Below are positions 28,569 to 37,928 of a stretch of DNA of 40,646 nucleotides, in pieces. A program made the position numbers and the translations under genes. Source of the DNA: Candidatus Eiseniibacteriota bacterium. GTDB lineage: Bacteria; Eisenbacteria; RBG-16-71-46. The notes under the pieces are model-generated. The model ran no database searches and had not been told where the DNA came from. It worked only from the letters and a program-made list of their open reading frames with translations. The stretch's first letter is position 1. Each line of letters starts with the position of its first letter. The stretch is taken from contig JANLWX010000209.1 of assembly GCA_031364845.1 (NCBI GenBank), positions 1-40,646 of the forward strand. The letters are read 5' to 3'.

Positions 28569-30152
28569 GTGAGCGAAGAGCGCCAGGTTGCGCGGCGCGC
28601 CGGCCTCGTCGGCTCGGCGACGATGCTGTCACGCGTGCTCGGCCTGGTGCGCGAGCAGGTGATGGCGTCGTGGTTCGGCGCCGGACTCGCCAGCGACGCG
28701 TTCAATGTGGCGTTTCGCATCCCCAATCTCCTGCGCGATCTGTTCGCCGAAGGAGCGATGTCCTCGGCGTTCGTTCCCACGTTCACGGAATACCAGCACA
28801 CCAAGACCCAGGACGAAGCGTGGGCATTCGGCCGGCAGTTGATGATCACGCTGTTCGCCGTGCTGTGTGTGCTGTGTGTGGCCGGGTGGATTCTGGCCCC
28901 GTGGCTGGTGCGGGCCTTTGCCCCGGGTTTCGACCAGATTCCGGGAAAACTGGAGCTTACGGTTCGGCTCACGCGGATCATGCTCCCGTTCCTGCCGCTG
29001 GTGGCCCTCGCCGCCGCGGCGATGGGCATGCTGAATGCGCATGGACGCTTCGCGATCCCGGCGCTGGCGCCTGCGTTCCTCAATCTCTTGATGATCGCGG
29101 TCGGGCTCGCCCTTATCCCGGTGTTCCGCGCGTTCGGACAACCACCGATCCTCGCGATGGCGTACGGCGTGGTCGCCGGCGGGCTCGGCCAGTTCCTGTG
29201 GCAGATCCCTGCGCTCCATGGCCTCGGCTTTCGTCTGCGTTTCGAATGGCCGCGTCCGCACCCCGGCGTGCGCCGCGTCGCGCTGCTGATGGTCCCCGCG
29301 ACGATCGGGCTCGCGGCCACGCAACTCAACCTGCTGTTCAGCACGCTGATCGCGAGCCTGCTCCCGCAGGGCAGCGTCTCGTGGCTCTGGTATGCGTTCC
29401 GTCTCATGCAGCTTCCGATCGGAGTGTTCGGCGTGGCGCTCGCGACTGTGAGCCTGCCGTCGCTGTCGCGCGCCGCGGTCGCTCGTGACATGGAGGCCCT
29501 CAAGACCACGCTCTCGGCCACCGTGCGGCTCGTGTTCCTCCTCACCATTCCGGCGGCCGTGTGGCTCGCGGTCGTCGCGCGGCCGGTCATCGCCCTGCTC
29601 TACGAACACGGACGCTTCGGGCCCGAGGACACGATCAACACCGCCGGCGCGCTGGGCATGTACTGCGTCGGGCTGCCGGCGTTCGCCGCGGTCGGCGTCT
29701 TCACGCGCACGTTCTATGCGCTCGGCGACACGCGCACGCCGGTGCGCGCGAGCTTCGTTTCGGTCGCGATCAACATCACGCTCAACCTGTTGTTGATGCG
29801 ACCGCTCGGGCACTTCGGGCTCGCGCTCGCGACCTCGATCACGTCGATCGTCAATCTGCTGCAGCTCGGGTTCGCCCTGCGCGGAAAGGTCGGAGCGCTC
29901 GAAGGACGGCGCACGATCGGGATGGTGTTGCGTTCCATCGTCGCGAGCCTGGTCGGATGCGCGCCGTGCGCGGTGGCGCTCGCGACGGTGCGGGTTCCGG
30001 CGACGTGGATGTGGGAGATCGCCGCCGTCGCGATGCTGGCGCTCGCGGGCGGCGGCGGCATCTACGGAATGATGAAGCTGTTGCGTGTCGAGGAAGTCGC
30101 GGTGCTCGACGACCTGCTGCGCTCGGCGCGGCGGCGCGTGCTGGGGCGCTGA
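28569..30152 (+). CDS. murJ: Lipid II flippase MurJ (MviN)
   Basis: TMLSRVLGLVRE, SDAFNVAFRIPNLLRDLFAEGAMSSAFVP, RLMQLPIGVFG, FYALGDTRTP; start uncertain (28536 or 28569). Confidence 0.95.
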   Translation: MSEERQVARRAGLVGSATMLSRVLGLVREQVMASWFGAGLASDAFNVAFRIPNLLRDLFAEGAMSSAFVPTFTEYQHTKTQDEAWAFGRQLMITLFAVLCVLCVAGWILAPWLVRAFAPGFDQIPGKLELTVRLTRIMLPFLPLVALAAAAMGMLNAHGRFAIPALAPAFLNLLMIAVGLALIPVFRAFGQPPILAMAYGVVAGGLGQFLWQIPALHGLGFRLRFEWPRPHPGVRRVALLMVPATIGLAATQLNLLFSTLIASLLPQGSVSWLWYAFRLMQLPIGVFGVALATVSLPSLSRAAVARDMEALKTTLSATVRLVFLLTIPAAVWLAVVARPVIALLYEHGRFGPEDTINTAGALGMYCVGLPAFAAVGVFTRTFYALGDTRTPVRASFVSVAINITLNLLLMRPLGHFGLALATSITSIVNLLQLGFALRGKVGALEGRRTIGMVLRSIVASLVGCAPCAVALATVRVPATWMWEIAAVAMLALAGGGGIYGMMKLLRVEEVAVLDDLLRSARRRVLGR

Positions 30153-30154
30153 GG

Positions 30155-31318
30155 CTAAGCCTTCTTGGGTCCCAGCCCGTTCCACAGTTTCGGGAACACG
30201 ACGAACGCCTCGAGCCGGCCCGGCCGCCACAGGGTCGAGATCAGCTCGGCCACGATCCATACCGCGTATACGATCGACACTTCCTCGCGCCAGTGCGGCA
30301 CCAGGAACTGAATGAACCACAGCGCGAACAGTCCGAGCGCTTCGTAGGCGTGGAAGCGGAAGTTCGACAGCAGCACGACGCCGAGCAGGCCCTGGAGCAG
30401 CGTGAGCAGGAGTTCGACGCGATGCTCGGCCATCGGAATCGCGGCGGCGTGACCGATCGAGAACGAATAGACGATCGGGATCATCGCCGCGAGCACCGTC
30501 CATTGATTGATGTTGGACGACGCCATGTTCATGAGCGCCATGCCTGCCTTGCCGCGGCTGCGCGCCCAGTAGAACGCACTGGTCTTCTCGGGGAACTCGG
30601 AGAGGAACGGTGCGACCCACTGAACGAACACGAACGTCGAGATGCCGAACGTCACCGCGAGCCCCTTCATGCTGTCGAGGAACGGATGCGCGGTGAAGTA
30701 CAGCGCGAGGCCGCCGACCACGAACAGGCCGACGATCGCGAGGTTGCGCTGCAGCGGCGGCAGCTTCAATACCGCGCGCGGGATGGCCCCGACATCAGAG
30801 ATGTCCTCCTGATGGCGCGGTGGAATGCGATTGAGCACCACGAGGTATCCGGCATAGAGCGCGACCAGCACCGCGGCGTCGACGCAATCGAGCGTGCCCT
30901 TCACGATGATCCATCCGAAGTACGCCAGCGGAGGGACGAGGCCGACGATCTCGGCCGAGTGTTCGTGTTCCAGCGGGATCGGCTTCCAGAATCCGCGCTC
31001 GCCGCGCATGCGCCGCGACACGGCATGGACGATCCAGATCATCGGCCATCCGAGCCCGGTGAGCAGCCGGATCGCGCCGGTGAAGTTCGCGGTCATGAGC
31101 GGAATGTCACGATCCCACGCGATCACGGCTTCGACGGCGAACTCGGGCAGGACCTGGATCCACGCGAGCAGCGCGAGCGCGAGTCCCTGCGAAACGTAGA
31201 ACTGCGCAGTCTCGGCGCCCCAGGCGACGACGAATGCGCTGCCGAGGATCGAGGGGAACGTCCACACCGCCTGGAGCGCGGTGCGCCGGGCTTCTTCGGG
31301 CGGAAGCGAGTCGAGCAT
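30155..31318 (-). CDS. Cation:Ca2+ antiporter (CaCA/Na_Ca_ex family)
   Basis: About 10 TM helices; alpha-repeat motifs LPEFAVE...ANFTG and SEFPE...SSNINQWT. Confidence 0.82.
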   Translation of the reverse strand: MLDSLPPEEARRTALQAVWTFPSILGSAFVVAWGAETAQFYVSQGLALALLAWIQVLPEFAVEAVIAWDRDIPLMTANFTGAIRLLTGLGWPMIWIVHAVSRRMRGERGFWKPIPLEHEHSAEIVGLVPPLAYFGWIIVKGTLDCVDAAVLVALYAGYLVVLNRIPPRHQEDISDVGAIPRAVLKLPPLQRNLAIVGLFVVGGLALYFTAHPFLDSMKGLAVTFGISTFVFVQWVAPFLSEFPEKTSAFYWARSRGKAGMALMNMASSNINQWTVLAAMIPIVYSFSIGHAAAIPMAEHRVELLLTLLQGLLGVVLLSNFRFHAYEALGLFALWFIQFLVPHWREEVSIVYAVWIVAELISTLWRPGRLEAFVVFPKLWNGLGPKKA

Positions 31319-31380
31319 GCGGTTCCTCGAGCCTTGAGTCCTTGTGGCCTGCGCGGGGCGCGGATAGTGTCGGAGCCGGG

Positions 31381-32025
31381 ATGCGAGCGTCAAGGGATCG
31401 AGTGCTGAGTCTATGTGAGTTCGCCGCGGCGATGGCGTGCCGTGACGCGGCCGGCGCACGTCGCGCGCTGTCGAGCGCGCGCGCTGCCGGTGTTCCGCGG
31501 CGCGCTGCCGAGGAATGCGCGTTGATGCTGGTGCTGTACTCCGGCTATCCCGCGGCACTCGAGGGCATGCGCGTGCTCGCCTCAGCATGGCCGGGTGTGG
31601 TTCGCGGAACGCACGAAGGCGAGCGGCGCGCGTGGCGCATACGCGGCGCGAGCCTGTGCCGGCGGGTCTATGGACCTGCCTACGCGAAGCTGATTCCGGC
31701 GGTGACGGCACTCCATCCGGATCTGGCGGTCTGGATGCTCGAGGAGGGCTACGGCCGCGTGTTGTCGCGCCCGGGTCTCTCGGGACGCGCGCGCGAGCGA
31801 ATCACGGTCGCGGTGCTCGCCGCCGGCGGATGGCGGCGGCAGCTCGTGAGTCACTTGAAGGGCGCCGTGCGTCTCGGCGTCGCGCGCCCGGCGATTCGAT
31901 CCGCGTTCGAGGCGGGCCTCGCGCGCGCCGGAGCGGCGGCGCGCCGCGATTCGCGCGCCGCGTGGCGGGAGTCCTTTCCGCGGCTGGCGGTTCGGCGAGG
32001 GTCCGGGCTAAGATCGCGCCCGTGA
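31381..32025 (+). CDS. Carboxymuconolactone decarboxylase (CMD/AhpD-like) family protein
   Basis: YSGYPAAL, G....RRVYG, HPDLA.W....YGRVLSRPGLS.R.RE.I.V..L, QL.SH..GA.R.G; no CxxC. Confidence 0.78.
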   Translation: MRASRDRVLSLCEFAAAMACRDAAGARRALSSARAAGVPRRAAEECALMLVLYSGYPAALEGMRVLASAWPGVVRGTHEGERRAWRIRGASLCRRVYGPAYAKLIPAVTALHPDLAVWMLEEGYGRVLSRPGLSGRARERITVAVLAAGGWRRQLVSHLKGAVRLGVARPAIRSAFEAGLARAGAAARRDSRAAWRESFPRLAVRRGSGLRSRP

Positions 32026-32071
32026 TCCCCAACCTTCGCCTTCCTCGCCCGGTTCGGCTGCCGTGCTCGCG

Positions 32072-33694
32072 GTGAATCGCGCGCTCATCGTGCGTGCCCG
32101 GGTCGAAGCCGGGTCCGACCCGCCGTTCGACCGCCTGCGCGATCCGCTGGTTCAGGAGATCGTGAGCGGCGGCCCGCTCGCGCGCGAGCGTTTCGCCACG
32201 CTGTGGTCGGACACTGCCGCCCTCACAGCCCTGGCGAAGTCGAAGCGCGCTCCGCTTCCGGCACCGCTCGCTCAGGCGATGCGCGACTACCACGTGCGGC
32301 TCGGCGCGTCCCCGCAATCGCTCGCCGCGCTCGAGCGTCTCGCGCGGGGCGAGGCGGTGTGCAGCGTCACCGGCCAGCAGCCGGCGCCGCTCGGTGGTCC
32401 GCTCTATGCGCTCCACAAGACGGCCTCGGCGATCGGGCTCGCGCGCGTGTTCGAGGAGCGCACCGGCATCGGATGCGTGCCGCTCTACTGGATGCACGGT
32501 GAGGATTCGGACTTCGACGAGATCCGCGGGGCGACGGTGTTCGATCGCGCGCTCGTGGTTCACGATCTCGAAATCCCGGGCGAGTTCCATCGCGACGGCG
32601 GTCTGGTCGGTTCGATTGCGGCCGCAGCGCTCGCAGCGCTGCAGCGTGAGGTCGTCCAGCGCTGGGAGGGATGGCCCGGCCAGGCGGACGCGTCGGCACT
32701 GCTGACGGGCGCGCTGGAGCGCGCGCGTGATCTGGGCGAAGCCTACAGCGCGCTCGCGCTCGCGGTGTTCGGAGCGTCGGGGCTCGTGGTCGTGGATCCG
32801 CGGATGCCGGAGTTTCGCGCGGCCGCGCGGCCGATTCTCGATCGCTATCTCGAACATGCGGCCGAACTCACGCGCGCGGCGCGTGGCGCGGGCGACGAAC
32901 TCGAACGCCGCATCGGGCGCCGCCCTCTGAACGACGCTTCGCTCGAGTCGTTCGTGTTCGCGATCGAGGACGGCACGCGCACGAAGATCAGCGCCGCCGA
33001 TGCGCTCGCGCGCGGCGCCGCGGTGACGCTGTCCCCGAGCGTGGCGTTGCGTCCCGCGGTCCAGGATGGTGTGTTTCCCACCGTCGCGATGGCGTGCGGT
33101 GCGGGGGAGTTGAGTTATCTCGCGCAGCTTCGGGAAGTCTTCGAAGGCGTTGGCGTGCGGCCTGCAGCTGCTGTGCCGCGTTTCGCCGCCACGTGGCTGC
33201 CCGCCGAAGCGGTGGCGCTGCTCGAAGCTTCGGGTGCACACCCGTGGGAGCTCATCACCGGCGCCGACGCGGTGCTCAAGCGCCACGCCGAGCGCTCGGT
33301 TCCGGATGACGCGCGCCGCGCGCTGGAAGACGCGCGCGCCGGAACCAACGCGGCGCTGCGCGGCTTCGCGGAAGCGGCACAGCGGGTCGATGCGAGTCTG
33401 CCGCAGATGGTCGAGTCCGCGCGCGGCAAGATCGACTTTCAGTTCGCGCGGCTCGACGAGGGGCTGGTGGGCAAGGCACGGCAGCAGCTCGAACGCCAGC
33501 ACCCGGCGTGGGTGCGGATCCGCTACACGCTGATGCCCGGCGAGAAACTTCAGGAGCGCCGGCTCGCATCTCTGCAGCCGGTGGCGATGGGCGGCATCGC
33601 GGTGATCCCGGAGCTGTGCGCGCTCGCCGCCGAACATGCGCGCGCGGTGGCCGCCGGACGTCACGAGCACTACGTGCTGGAGCTGCCGGCATGA
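32072..33694 (+). CDS. bshC: Bacillithiol biosynthesis cysteine-adding enzyme BshC
   Basis: VTGQQ...GGPLY..HK, YW..GEDSDFDE, SPSVALRP..QD, G.GEL.Y.AQ, LQER; adjacent to bshB1 and bshA. Confidence 0.9.
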   Translation: MNRALIVRARVEAGSDPPFDRLRDPLVQEIVSGGPLARERFATLWSDTAALTALAKSKRAPLPAPLAQAMRDYHVRLGASPQSLAALERLARGEAVCSVTGQQPAPLGGPLYALHKTASAIGLARVFEERTGIGCVPLYWMHGEDSDFDEIRGATVFDRALVVHDLEIPGEFHRDGGLVGSIAAAALAALQREVVQRWEGWPGQADASALLTGALERARDLGEAYSALALAVFGASGLVVVDPRMPEFRAAARPILDRYLEHAAELTRAARGAGDELERRIGRRPLNDASLESFVFAIEDGTRTKISAADALARGAAVTLSPSVALRPAVQDGVFPTVAMACGAGELSYLAQLREVFEGVGVRPAAAVPRFAATWLPAEAVALLEASGAHPWELITGADAVLKRHAERSVPDDARRALEDARAGTNAALRGFAEAAQRVDASLPQMVESARGKIDFQFARLDEGLVGKARQQLERQHPAWVRIRYTLMPGEKLQERRLASLQPVAMGGIAVIPELCALAAEHARAVAAGRHEHYVLELPA

Positions 33695-34416
33695 CGGCCG
33701 ACGCGCTGTTCTTCGGCGCCCATCCCGACGACGTCGAGCTCACGAGCGGCGGGCTCGCGGCGATGCTGGCCGGCCATGGTCATCGCGTGATCGTCATCGA
33801 CCTCACGCGCGGCGAGATGGCCAGCCGCGGCACGGTCGAGAATCGCAACGCCGAGGCCCACGAGGCCTCCCGGTTGCTGGGTGTCGCCGCGCGCGAAAAT
33901 CTCGGCCTCGCCGATCTCGGGATCGACCGTTCGAGCCGTCCGCAGCTCGAGGCGGTCGTCGAGTGCCTGCGCCGGCATCGGCCATCGCTGGTCGTGGCGC
34001 CGGATGTCGCGGACGATCATCCGGACCACGTCGAAGCGCATCACCTGATCCGCCGCGCATGCTACGTCGCGGGGCTCGCGCGCTTCGCGCCGGGGTCCGG
34101 ACGGCACCGCCCGCGCCAGCTGCTGTTCGCGCTCTACCGATCGGGCCGGCGCGCGGATCTCATCGTCGATGTGAGCGCGGCGTGGGAGCGGCGCATGTCG
34201 GCGCTGCGCGCCCATCGCAGCCAGCTCGCCGGAACTCCGGGCGTGGAAACGTACCTCACGCGCTCGGGCTTCCTCGAGGAGGTCGAAGCGCGCGCGCGCG
34301 CGTTCGGAGCTTCGATCGGAGCTGCATTCGGAGAAGGCTATCGCACCGCGGGGCCGCTCGCCGTGCACGACGCGCGCGCGCTCCTCGCGGGCGCGGCACA
34401 CGGAGGAACCTCATGA
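33691..34416 (+). CDS. bshB1: Bacillithiol biosynthesis deacetylase BshB1 (PIG-L family)
   Basis: FGAHPDDVEL..GG, DLTRGE..SRGT, DDHPDH, AH.SQ; ATGA overlap with bshC. Confidence 0.9.
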   Translation: MTADALFFGAHPDDVELTSGGLAAMLAGHGHRVIVIDLTRGEMASRGTVENRNAEAHEASRLLGVAARENLGLADLGIDRSSRPQLEAVVECLRRHRPSLVVAPDVADDHPDHVEAHHLIRRACYVAGLARFAPGSGRHRPRQLLFALYRSGRRADLIVDVSAAWERRMSALRAHRSQLAGTPGVETYLTRSGFLEEVEARARAFGASIGAAFGEGYRTAGPLAVHDARALLAGAAHGGTS

Positions 34417-35720
34417 GCCCCGTAAAACGCAAGGCGAAGCGTACCTCGCGATCGAAGCCACCCGCAGCGTCCGACGTGAAGCCGCCGATCTCCGCTGCGC
34501 GCCGAGCGAAATCCGGGGCAACAGCCAAACGTTCGAAGCGGCCCGCGCGGCGTTCCGCCGGCGAGCCACAGGTCGCCACGACTGCGACGGCGAAGAAGCC
34601 CCGCCGCCCGCGGCGTATCGGCATCACATGCTATTCGCACTTTGGCGGGAGCGGAGTGGTCGCGAGTGAACTCGGATTGGAACTCGCGCGCCGCGGATAC
34701 GAGATCCACTTCATCGCGCACAGTCTGCCGTTCCGTTTGCGCGCGTTCGAATCGAACGTCTACTTCCACGAAGCGGCGGCGGCGAACTATCCCGTGTTCG
34801 AGCAGGCGCCGACCAATCTCGCGCTCGCGACCAAGATGGTCGAGGTCGTGGAGAACTATTCGCTCGACGTGCTGCACGTGCACTACGCGATGCCGTTCGC
34901 CGCGAGCGCGTACCTCGCGCGCCAGCTGTTGCTCCCGCGGCAGCTCGGCGTGGTGACGACGCTCCACGGAACCGACATCACGGTGGTGGGATTGGAGCCC
35001 GCGTTCTTCCGCGTCACCCAGTTCAGCATTCAGGCGAGCGACCGGATCACGGCCGTGAGCCGCTATCTCAAGGAGCGCGCGGAAGCGGCGTTCGGTATCA
35101 CGCGGCCGATCGACGTGGTCTACAACTTCGTCGACCCTAAAGTGTTCGCTCCGCGCAAGCGCACTACTCTGAGGCTGGCGCCGCCCGAAACGCGAATCAT
35201 CATGCACGCCTCCAACTTCAGGCCGGTCAAGAACATACCGACTGTGATTCAGGTGTTCGCCGAGGTTCGCAAGCGCGTGTTGTCGAAGCTGGTGATGGTC
35301 GGCGACGGTCCGGAGAAGGCGGGCGCCGAGCACCTCGCGCGCGAGTTGGGCGTGGAGCGCGACGTGCTGTTCCTCGGCAATCAGGATTGCATGGAGGAAC
35401 TGCTCCCGCTGGCCGATGTGTTCTTGTTGCCGAGTTCGTCGGAAAGCTTCGGACTGGTCGCCCTCGAAGCCATGAGCGCCGAAGTCCCCGTGGTCGCTTC
35501 GACGGCCGGCGGACTTCCTGAAGTCGTCGAACACGGAGTGACGGGGTTCCTCCATGACTCACAGCATGTCGCGGGGTTCGTATCGTCGGTGCTCCGGCTC
35601 CTCCAGAACGGCCCGCTGCGGCGCGCCATGGGACGCCGCGCGCGGCGCGTGGCCCGCGAGCGTTTCAGCGTCGACGAAATGGTGGGCCGCTACATGCGTG
35701 TCTACGACTCGCTGCTTTAG
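34413..35720 (+). CDS. bshA: N-acetyl-alpha-D-glucosaminyl L-malate synthase BshA, with basic N-terminal extension
   Basis: [61 protein letters not shown] and ATGA overlap. Confidence 0.93.
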   Translation: MSPVKRKAKRTSRSKPPAASDVKPPISAARRAKSGATAKRSKRPARRSAGEPQVATTATAKKPRRPRRIGITCYSHFGGSGVVASELGLELARRGYEIHFIAHSLPFRLRAFESNVYFHEAAAANYPVFEQAPTNLALATKMVEVVENYSLDVLHVHYAMPFAASAYLARQLLLPRQLGVVTTLHGTDITVVGLEPAFFRVTQFSIQASDRITAVSRYLKERAEAAFGITRPIDVVYNFVDPKVFAPRKRTTLRLAPPETRIIMHASNFRPVKNIPTVIQVFAEVRKRVLSKLVMVGDGPEKAGAEHLARELGVERDVLFLGNQDCMEELLPLADVFLLPSSSESFGLVALEAMSAEVPVVASTAGGLPEVVEHGVTGFLHDSQHVAGFVSSVLRLLQNGPLRRAMGRRARRVARERFSVDEMVGRYMRVYDSLL

Positions 35721-35754
35721 CGTTCACGTGACTTCGGTGACGGAACACTGACCC

Positions 35755-36891
35755 ATGCTCGGCCGGCCCCGGAGTCTCGCGCTGCTCGCGGAACAATGCT
35801 TCAACCCACGCGATGCCAAGACCGCGGTCGGCGTCCTGCGCTATCGCGCGCATGAGGCCGCTGCCGTGATCGACTCCGCGCGTGCCGGCTCGACTGCCGC
35901 GGAGTGCGTCGGCGTCGGAGGTGCGATCCCCGTGGTGGCCGGCATCGAGGACGCCGAGCGCTGTGGATGCGACACGCTGCTGCTCGGCATCGCACCGCAG
36001 GGCGGAGACCTTCCGGAGTCGTGGCGGGTACTCGTGTGCGAAGCGCTCGGGCGCGGCTGGGATGTGATCTCCGGGCTGCACCTGTTCCTCGCGGATGATC
36101 CGGGACTCGCGGCGATCGCGCGTTCGAGCGGTGCGGAGATCCTCGACGTGCGCCGGCCTCCGCTTGGCCGCCACATTGCCGCGCGGCGCGCGCGCGACGT
36201 GGATGCGCTGGTCGTGCTCACCGTCGGCAGCGACTGCAACGTCGGCAAGATGACCGCGAGCCTCGAACTGGTCGAAGCACTGCGCGGGCGTGACGTTCGC
36301 GCGGCGTTCGTCGCGACCGGACAGACCGGCATCATGATCGCGGATCATGGCGTGGCGATCGACGCGGTCGCTTCGGACTTCGCGGCGGGAGAGACCGAAC
36401 GCCTCGTGCTCGAAGCCGCACGTGACGCGGACGTGGTCGTGGTCGAAGGACAGGGTGCCCTCCATCATCCGGGCTACTCAGGCGTGTCGCTCGCGCTGAT
36501 GCACGGCGCGTGTCCGGAGGCGCTCGTGTTGTGTCATTGGAGTGGACGCACGCGGTTGCGTGTCGCGAACGACGCGGACGTGGCGCTGCCGCCGCTGACG
36601 TCGGTGCGCACGAACGCCGAGCAGGCGGCGGGATGGGTCACTCCCGCGGCGACGGTGGCGGTCGCACTCAATACGATGGACCTGGACGAAACGGCAGCGC
36701 GCGCCGAGTGCGGCGCGGTCGGACGTGCGCTGGAGCTGCCGGCGACCGATCCGGTGCGCTTCGGGGCGGGGCCGCTGGCCGACGCGGTGATCGAGGCATG
36801 GGATCGGCGACGCCACCGGCGTTCCGGCAACCGGTCCGCGGCGGCGACACCGCTCGCCACGGATTCCCCAATGGAAAGGGACATGGCATGA
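35755..36891 (+). CDS. DUF1611 family protein (DgcN-like P-loop protein)
   Basis: AKTA.GVLRY, GIAPQGG.LP, SGLH.FL, TVGSDCNVGKMT, ATGQTGIMI, VEGQG.L.HP.YSGV, TDPVRFG. Confidence 0.9.
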   Translation: MLGRPRSLALLAEQCFNPRDAKTAVGVLRYRAHEAAAVIDSARAGSTAAECVGVGGAIPVVAGIEDAERCGCDTLLLGIAPQGGDLPESWRVLVCEALGRGWDVISGLHLFLADDPGLAAIARSSGAEILDVRRPPLGRHIAARRARDVDALVVLTVGSDCNVGKMTASLELVEALRGRDVRAAFVATGQTGIMIADHGVAIDAVASDFAAGETERLVLEAARDADVVVVEGQGALHHPGYSGVSLALMHGACPEALVLCHWSGRTRLRVANDADVALPPLTSVRTNAEQAAGWVTPAATVAVALNTMDLDETAARAECGAVGRALELPATDPVRFGAGPLADAVIEAWDRRRHRRSGNRSAAATPLATDSPMERDMA

Positions 36892-37928
36892 AGCTCACTC
36901 ACGAGCCGCTCGCACTCGAGACGCAGTTCGAATTCCGCATCGCGGTCGGCGCGAAGCAGCGCCACGTGAACACACTGGTGACGCTCGAGCACGACGGCGT
37001 GACGGGGCACGGCGAAGCATCGCCGTCCCATTATTACGGCGAGAACGAAGCGCTCGTGCGCGTGGCGCTCGACACGTGGGCTCCGCACCTCGGCGACGAT
37101 CCGTTTGCGCTCGAGGCGATCGAGCGGAAACTCGATGGTGCGCTGCGCGGTAATGGTTCGGCGCATGCTGCGATCGAAATGGCACTGCACGATTGGATCG
37201 GCAAGAAGCTTGGGTACCCGGTGTGGAAGCTGCTCGGAATCGATCGCGCCACGACGCCGCTCTCGTGTGTCACGCTCGGCATGGCCTCGCCCGAGGAAAT
37301 GGAACGCAAGCTCGAAACCGTCGCCCACTTCCCGATGATCAAGGTCAAGCTCGGCGGACCGGGCGATGTCGACAACCTGCGTCGCATCCGGCGCCGCTTC
37401 ACGGGCAAACTGCGTGTGGACGCGAACACCGCCTGGAGCCCGCACGACGCGGTGCACGTGCTGCGCGAGATCGCGCCGCTCGACATCGAGCTGTGCGAGC
37501 AACCGGTGCCGCGCCATGATCTCGACGGCCTGCGTTTCGTGCACGAGCGCAGCCCGATTCCGATCTTCGCCGACGAAAGCATTCATCACGCGGGCGACCT
37601 CGCGAATCTCAAGGGGCGCGTCAGCGGCGTGAACCTCAAGATCATGAAGAGTGGCGGGATTCGCGAAATGCTGCGCACGATTCACGGGGCGCGCGCGCTC
37701 GGCATGCAGGTGATGCTCGGCTCGATGGTGGAATCGAGCCTCGCGCTGTCGGCGGCCGCCCAGCTCGCGCCGCTCGCCGACTATCTCGATCTCGATGGCC
37801 ACTGGCTGCTGCGCGACGATCCGTTCGAAGGCGCGCCGGGCGAGGCGGGCCACATCGAACTGTCCGACCGTCCCGGGCTCGGCGTGACTCCGTCCACCGT
37901 GCGCGCGGGCGCGGATCTGCGCCGTTGA
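36888..37928 (+). CDS. Dipeptide epimerase / DgcA-like racemase (enolase superfamily)
   Basis: IKVKLG, RVDAN, EQP, ADES, NLKIMKSGG, DLDG motif; ATGA overlap with DUF1611. Confidence 0.9.
   Translation: MKLTHEPLALETQFEFRIAVGAKQRHVNTLVTLEHDGVTGHGEASPSHYYGENEALVRVALDTWAPHLGDDPFALEAIERKLDGALRGNGSAHAAIEMALHDWIGKKLGYPVWKLLGIDRATTPLSCVTLGMASPEEMERKLETVAHFPMIKVKLGGPGDVDNLRRIRRRFTGKLRVDANTAWSPHDAVHVLREIAPLDIELCEQPVPRHDLDGLRFVHERSPIPIFADESIHHAGDLANLKGRVSGVNLKIMKSGGIREMLRTIHGARALGMQVMLGSMVESSLALSAAAQLAPLADYLDLDGHWLLRDDPFEGAPGEAGHIELSDRPGLGVTPSTVRAGADLRR

Noticed and set aside
31381..32025. AhpD peroxidase activity for the CMD protein
   Set aside because: No CxxC motif is present; only a family-level call is supported.
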